From Candidatus Nanopelagicales bacterium (lineage in GTDB: Bacteria > Actinomycetota > Actinomycetes > S36-B12), in NCBI GenBank assembly GCA_009694585.1, contig SHUQ01000002.1, positions 3,947 to 67,946 of the forward strand: DNA of 64,000 nucleotides. The letters are read 5' to 3'. Of this stretch, positions 59,545 to 64,000 are shown piece after piece. The notes beneath the pieces are model-generated. The model saw only the letters and a program-made list of their open reading frames with translations. It ran no database searches and was not told the DNA's origin. The stretch's first letter is position 1; each line of letters starts with the position of its first letter. A program made the translations under genes and the position numbers.

Positions 59545-61074
59545 ATGATTGCCGCATTCGATGTAGCAACTATTCAGGCTGCTGAGCAAGCCCACGGGGC
59601 TGAACTTGACTCCGGTGTCTTGATGGATCGCGCGGCAACCGGCTTGGCGCGAGCAGTTATTGGCCTACTTCAAGAATCGCGTGGCCAAGTGCGCGGTGCG
59701 CGGATTACCATTGCCGTCGGCGGTGGCAACAACGGCGGAGATGCGCTTTTTGCGGGGGCCAAGTTGGCGCAGCGTGGAGCCTCGGTCACCGCGGTATGCA
59801 TCGGAGCAAGTGCCCATGACGCCGGGGTGGCAGCGCTACGCAGAGCCAATGGGCGTGTTCTGCAATGGCATGAAACCGAAATTGATCTAGCCCAGCAGGA
59901 TTTATTCTTCGACGCTGACATCATCGTTGATGGAATTGTGGGTCTTGGGGGCGTTGGCGCACTGCGCCCCGCCGCGGCTGCTGTTGTTGAGCTCATGAAC
60001 GCTAGTGGGGCTTTGGTGGTAGCGGTGGATCTACCAAGTGGAGTTGCAGCTGATACCGGTGAGGTAGCCGACATCGCGGTTGCTGCCGATGTCACCGTTA
60101 CGTTTGGGTGCCTAAAGCCGGGATTATTGATCGCACCAGGTAGTGGTTTTGCTGGTGGGGTTCATGTTGTTGATATTGGGATCAACGATGCCCTAGGTGA
60201 CCCGGCGCTCATCGCCTTGGAGGCGTTGGATGTGGTTGCTTATGTTCCTGAGCCCGATGTTGACGACTATAAGTACCGCCGGGGGGTTGTCGGCGTAGCG
60301 GCAGGGGGGCGCCGGTATCCGGGTGCGGCTCTGCTAGCTGTGGGAGCGGCTCGAATGGGCGACGTTGGCATGGTGCGGTACCTCGACCGTGGTGACGACG
60401 TCGCGCACCAAGTGCTGGCCGCCTTCCCCGATGTGGTGGCAAGTGGTGATGACCCCAGCAGCTCAACCCGGGTCACGGCTTGGGCCTGCGGACCAGGATT
60501 TGTCGCCGATGACTCGGTGTCACAAGACGAGATCGCGGTGGAAGCGGTACTTCGCACCTCGGCGCCGGTCGTACTTGATGCCGGCGCTCTGATGGCGGTT
60601 GCGGGTTCACCGATATTGCGAGAGGTACTACGCGAGCGGTCAGCGATAACCGTGATAACCCCGCACTCTGGTGAAGCCGCGGCCTTGGCTGCAGCTTTGT
60701 TGCTGCCGGCAGTTCTTGGGCGTCTTGAGTTGGTGCAGGCCCTGGCGCAGCGCCTTAATGTTGTGGTTGTGCTCAAAGGATCCGCGACTTTAATTGCCGC
60801 ACCGAGTGGCTTGGTGCTCGTTGACACCATGGGCGGGGCTGAACTAAGCACCGCCGGCAGTGGCGATGTGCTTACCGGGTTGGTTGCCGCAATTCTTGCC
60901 GGTGCCAATGCACGGGGTGAGATTGACGACCATGATGATGCGGCCGTGGCTGTTACCGCCGCCGTATGGCTGCATGGTCAAGCCGGGCAACTTGCGGCCG
61001 CAGCTGGCCGGCCGGTGACCGCCGTAGATGTGCGAGACCACTTAGCCGGTGCGGTGGCGCTGGTGCGTCGCTAG
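59545..61074 (+). CDS. nnr: Bifunctional NAD(P)H-hydrate epimerase/dehydratase (NnrE-NnrD)
   Basis: GGGNNGGDA, VDLPSG, LDAGAL, ITPHSGEA, TAGSGDVL. Confidence 0.92.
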   Translation: MIAAFDVATIQAAEQAHGAELDSGVLMDRAATGLARAVIGLLQESRGQVRGARITIAVGGGNNGGDALFAGAKLAQRGASVTAVCIGASAHDAGVAALRRANGRVLQWHETEIDLAQQDLFFDADIIVDGIVGLGGVGALRPAAAAVVELMNASGALVVAVDLPSGVAADTGEVADIAVAADVTVTFGCLKPGLLIAPGSGFAGGVHVVDIGINDALGDPALIALEALDVVAYVPEPDVDDYKYRRGVVGVAAGGRRYPGAALLAVGAARMGDVGMVRYLDRGDDVAHQVLAAFPDVVASGDDPSSSTRVTAWACGPGFVADDSVSQDEIAVEAVLRTSAPVVLDAGALMAVAGSPILREVLRERSAITVITPHSGEAAALAAALLLPAVLGRLELVQALAQRLNVVVVLKGSATLIAAPSGLVLVDTMGGAELSTAGSGDVLTGLVAAILAGANARGEIDDHDDAAVAVTAAVWLHGQAGQLAAAAGRPVTAVDVRDHLAGAVALVRR

Positions 61075-61158
61075 CTCTTCACCACTCAACATTTAACTCG
61101 CGTCCATATTCAACAGGGTGCTAACTAGGTCGACTAGTGCCTGGAGGACAATGCGTGC

Positions 61159-62250
61159 ATGACCACCGCGACCGTCGATCTCGGCGCCATCGCCCATAAT
61201 CTGGCCCTTGTTCGAAGGGTGGTGTCGAGCGCTGATGTCATGGCCGTGGTCAAAGCTGATGCCTACGGCCACGGCCTGCTCCGGGTTTCTGAAGCTTTGC
61301 GCGCGCGCGATGTCAGATGGCTCGGGGTGGCACTCCCAAGTGAAGCTTTAGCGCTGCGAGATTTTGGCGACACCGGCCGCATCCTGGCTTGGTTGTGGGC
61401 GCCAGGTGATGGGGATATTGAGCGGTGTGTAGCAAGCGGTGTTGATCTAGGTGTCTCGAATTCGCGAATGCTGCAGGAGGTGGCGGCCGCGGCAGCCACC
61501 ACCGGCACAAAAGCTCGCGTGCAGTTAAAGGTAGACACCGGACTCTCACGCAACGGTTGTTCGTTATCGCAGTGGCCAGCGCTCATTGCCGAGGTACTTG
61601 ATGCTGGGTCCCTGGTTGAGGTAACCGGCGTGTGGTCGCATCTGGCTAATGCCGATATACCTAATCACCCATCGGTCCACGAGCAGCGCCTGCTATTTGA
61701 TCAGGCCTGCGCCACCGCGGAAGATCTGGGTCTGGTGATCCCAATGCGCCACTTGGCTAATAGTCCGGCTGCCTTGCTGTCTCCGGAGACCCACTACGAC
61801 CTAGTGCGGGTTGGCATCGCCCTTTACGGAGTTTCACCGGTTGCGGGGCGTGACTTTGGGTTGCGCCCGGCGATGACCTTGGTTTCATCGGTGGCCTCGG
61901 TAAAGATGATCGATGCCGGTGCCTCAGTGTCTTATGGCACCACCTGGACCGCAACCGAAGAAACTCTGGTCGCACTTGTTCGAGGTGGATATGCGGACGG
62001 GGTCCCTCGATCGGCGGGTAACCGTGCTGAAGTTGTTATTAATGGCCGGCTTTACCCGATCGTGGGACACGTGGCCATGGATCAGTTCATGGTTGCCGTA
62101 AGTGGTGACGTGATGGCGGGTGACGAAGTAGTCATCTTTGGAACTTCGCCAACGGCGAATGAATTTGCACAAGCCTGCGACACCATCGGTTATGAGATCG
62201 TCACTCGGATTGGCCCGCGGGTCCCGCGTGCTTATGTTGGTGCCTCATGA
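61159..62250 (+). CDS. alr: Alanine racemase
   Basis: AVVKADAYGHG, KVDTGLSR, GYADG, TIGYEI. Confidence 0.97.
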   Translation: MTTATVDLGAIAHNLALVRRVVSSADVMAVVKADAYGHGLLRVSEALRARDVRWLGVALPSEALALRDFGDTGRILAWLWAPGDGDIERCVASGVDLGVSNSRMLQEVAAAAATTGTKARVQLKVDTGLSRNGCSLSQWPALIAEVLDAGSLVEVTGVWSHLANADIPNHPSVHEQRLLFDQACATAEDLGLVIPMRHLANSPAALLSPETHYDLVRVGIALYGVSPVAGRDFGLRPAMTLVSSVASVKMIDAGASVSYGTTWTATEETLVALVRGGYADGVPRSAGNRAEVVINGRLYPIVGHVAMDQFMVAVSGDVMAGDEVVIFGTSPTANEFAQACDTIGYEIVTRIGPRVPRAYVGAS

Positions 62251-63323
62251 GCCGCGATATGACCAACGCAATCAGGGTGGTTGGGGGTGGTCTTTTAGCC
62301 GCCGGAGTACTTGCCGCGGGTGCGGCTGCGGGCGCTGCCGTCGAGCGCATTGTGCTTTCGCGTGGTTCAAAGTCCAAAGACAAATGGTCCATGGATGAAT
62401 TCGACCCGATTAATCGTGAACTTATTACTGCCGATGGCATTGCGCTTCATGTAGAGATTGATGAGGCCGACTCACCTTTGACCATAATTTTTTGCCACGG
62501 CTACGCATTGAGTTTGGATTCTTGGTATTTCCAGCGCAAAGCCCTTCAAGGTCAGGCCCGCATGGTGTTCTATGACCAACGTAGCCATGGGCGTTCTGAG
62601 CGCGCCGACTTTGATTCACATCACGTTGATCAATTAGGTGAGGATCTTGGGGACGTAATAGCGGCGGTAGCGCCAACCGGGCCGCTTATGCTGGTCGGCC
62701 ACTCCATGGGTGGCATGAGCATCATGGCATTTGCTGAGCAGCAGCCTGAGGTAATTCGCGATCGCGTCTACGGTGTTGCACTTATTGCAAGTTCGGCCGG
62801 GGGGCTCACCGAAGTTACTCTTGGCTTACCTGCGCCATTCGGGCACATCTTCCACCGAGTCGCCTCCCCGGCGGCGGCGGCACTCGCTCGTCGGCGCAAT
62901 CTAGTTGAACGCGGGCGTCGTTCAAGTAATGATTTAGGCATGCTGCTCACTCGCCTGTACTCATTTGGGTCGGTGGCATCTGAGCAAGCCGGGCAACTGG
63001 TTTCCAACATGATTACGGCCACGCCGATTGATATTCTTGCTGAATTCCTGCCCGCGCTGCAAGACCATGACAAGCGCGACGCGTTGCCGATACTTCAACA
63101 TGCCGAAGTCCTCGTCATAGTCGGAGATTCGGATCGGCTAACTCCAAAACCCCATAGCGACGAAATCGTGAGGCGCATTCCCGGGGCGGAGTTTGTTGTC
63201 ATCAAAGATGGCGGTCACATGGTCAATATTGAGCACCACGAAGAAGTGGATGAATTGCTGCAGCAACTGCTTGAACGCGTTAAGCGGGATCTCAATGGTG
63301 CGTCCGGTAACGGCGTGGCATGA
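62247..63323 (+). CDS. Alpha/beta hydrolase
   Basis: [18 protein letters not shown] nucleophile elbow, GGHM. Confidence 0.92.
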   Translation: MSRDMTNAIRVVGGGLLAAGVLAAGAAAGAAVERIVLSRGSKSKDKWSMDEFDPINRELITADGIALHVEIDEADSPLTIIFCHGYALSLDSWYFQRKALQGQARMVFYDQRSHGRSERADFDSHHVDQLGEDLGDVIAAVAPTGPLMLVGHSMGGMSIMAFAEQQPEVIRDRVYGVALIASSAGGLTEVTLGLPAPFGHIFHRVASPAAAALARRRNLVERGRRSSNDLGMLLTRLYSFGSVASEQAGQLVSNMITATPIDILAEFLPALQDHDKRDALPILQHAEVLVIVGDSDRLTPKPHSDEIVRRIPGAEFVVIKDGGHMVNIEHHEEVDELLQQLLERVKRDLNGASGNGVA

Positions 63324-63796
63324 GCCAGGTTGTAATCGACACTGCGGCCTCGATGCAAGCTTTGGGCGAGCGGATTGGACACAACTGTCGACCCGGTGAT
63401 CTGGTTTTACTAGTCGGTGATCTCGGCGCTGGTAAAACCACCTTGGTGCAAGGACTCGGGCTGGCTCTGGGGGTAACCGAACGGGTAACCAGCCCGACAT
63501 TTGTTATTGCTCGGGTTCATGCCACCGCTGCCGGTTTTCCTCAACTTATGCACGTTGATGCCTATCGCCTTGGCTCCGCACTCGAATTCGACGATCTTGA
63601 CTTGGCTGCTGAAGTCGATGAGAGCGTCACCGTTGTCGAATGGGGTGAGGGGAAAGCCGAGCAGTTGGCCGGGGATTACCTGTTAGTGCAGATCACTCGA
63701 TCCGACTATGACGTCGATGAGACACGTCGGGTGGAATTAACTGGCAGAGGTGAACGCTGGACCACCAATGACCTGGACGTGATTGCCGGCCCATGA
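63320..63796 (+). CDS. tsaE: tRNA threonylcarbamoyladenosine biosynthesis ATPase
   Basis: [24 protein letters not shown]. Confidence 0.97.
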   Translation: MSQVVIDTAASMQALGERIGHNCRPGDLVLLVGDLGAGKTTLVQGLGLALGVTERVTSPTFVIARVHATAAGFPQLMHVDAYRLGSALEFDDLDLAAEVDESVTVVEWGEGKAEQLAGDYLLVQITRSDYDVDETRRVELTGRGERWTTNDLDVIAGP

Positions 63797-64000
63797 TTAT
63801 TTTGGCTTTGGATACTGCCTCGGCGGCGACCTCGGTGGCCTTAGTCGATGGTGATGTCATTTTGGATTCAGCGAGGCATATTGATGCACGTCGGCACGCC
63901 GAAGTCCTCGCGCCGATGATTGCTGAAGTCGTGGCTGGTCGCGCCGTTGACGCCGTGGTGTGCGGGGTGGGCCCCGGCCCGTACACCGGGCTACGTGTTG
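63793..64000 (+). CDS. tsaB: tRNA threonylcarbamoyladenosine biosynthesis protein TsaB (partial)
   Basis: [10 protein letters not shown]...RHAEVLAP...GVGPGPYTGLRV, runs off the right edge. Confidence 0.93.
   Translation, partial: MIILALDTASAATSVALVDGDVILDSARHIDARRHAEVLAPMIAEVVAGRAVDAVVCGVGPGPYTGLRV

Overview
Actinobacterial chromosome segment, judged by gene order and protein style. It carries the core transcription/translation superlocus: tRNA-Thr, tRNA-Met, rpmG, hadAB-like pair, murB, tRNA-Trp, secE-nusG-rplKA-rplJL-rpoBC, then the str, S10, spc and alpha operons, truA, rplM-rpsI, glmM, glmS, nnr, alr, tsaE and tsaB. A ~13.5 kb accessory block sits between rpoC and rpsL (about 17390-31040) and encodes a cyanobactin-type RiPP pathway. 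It has a PatA-like protease, PatB- and PatC-like proteins, a stand-alone PatG-like protease that lacks the macrocyclisation insertion, and a SagB/ThcOx azoline oxidase with a ~310-aa inserted domain (possibly an ABBA prenyltransferase-like barrel). It also has a degenerate HPr-kinase-like protein, a PAPS sulfotransferase fused to a PqqD/RRE domain, an inverted PatD-type YcaO cyclodehydratase and an MFS exporter. I found no PatE-like precursor in the window. The inferred product is a linear, azole-containing, possibly sulfated (and perhaps prenylated) peptide. Smaller oddities are a tRNA-Trp with a 4-bp anticodon stem and C38, S12 with Arg88, an ABC-F gene collapsed between its two Walker A motifs, and a chagasin-like inhibitor gene plus a 21-bp palindrome between map and infA. 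All family calls come from motif recognition by eye; no searches were run.
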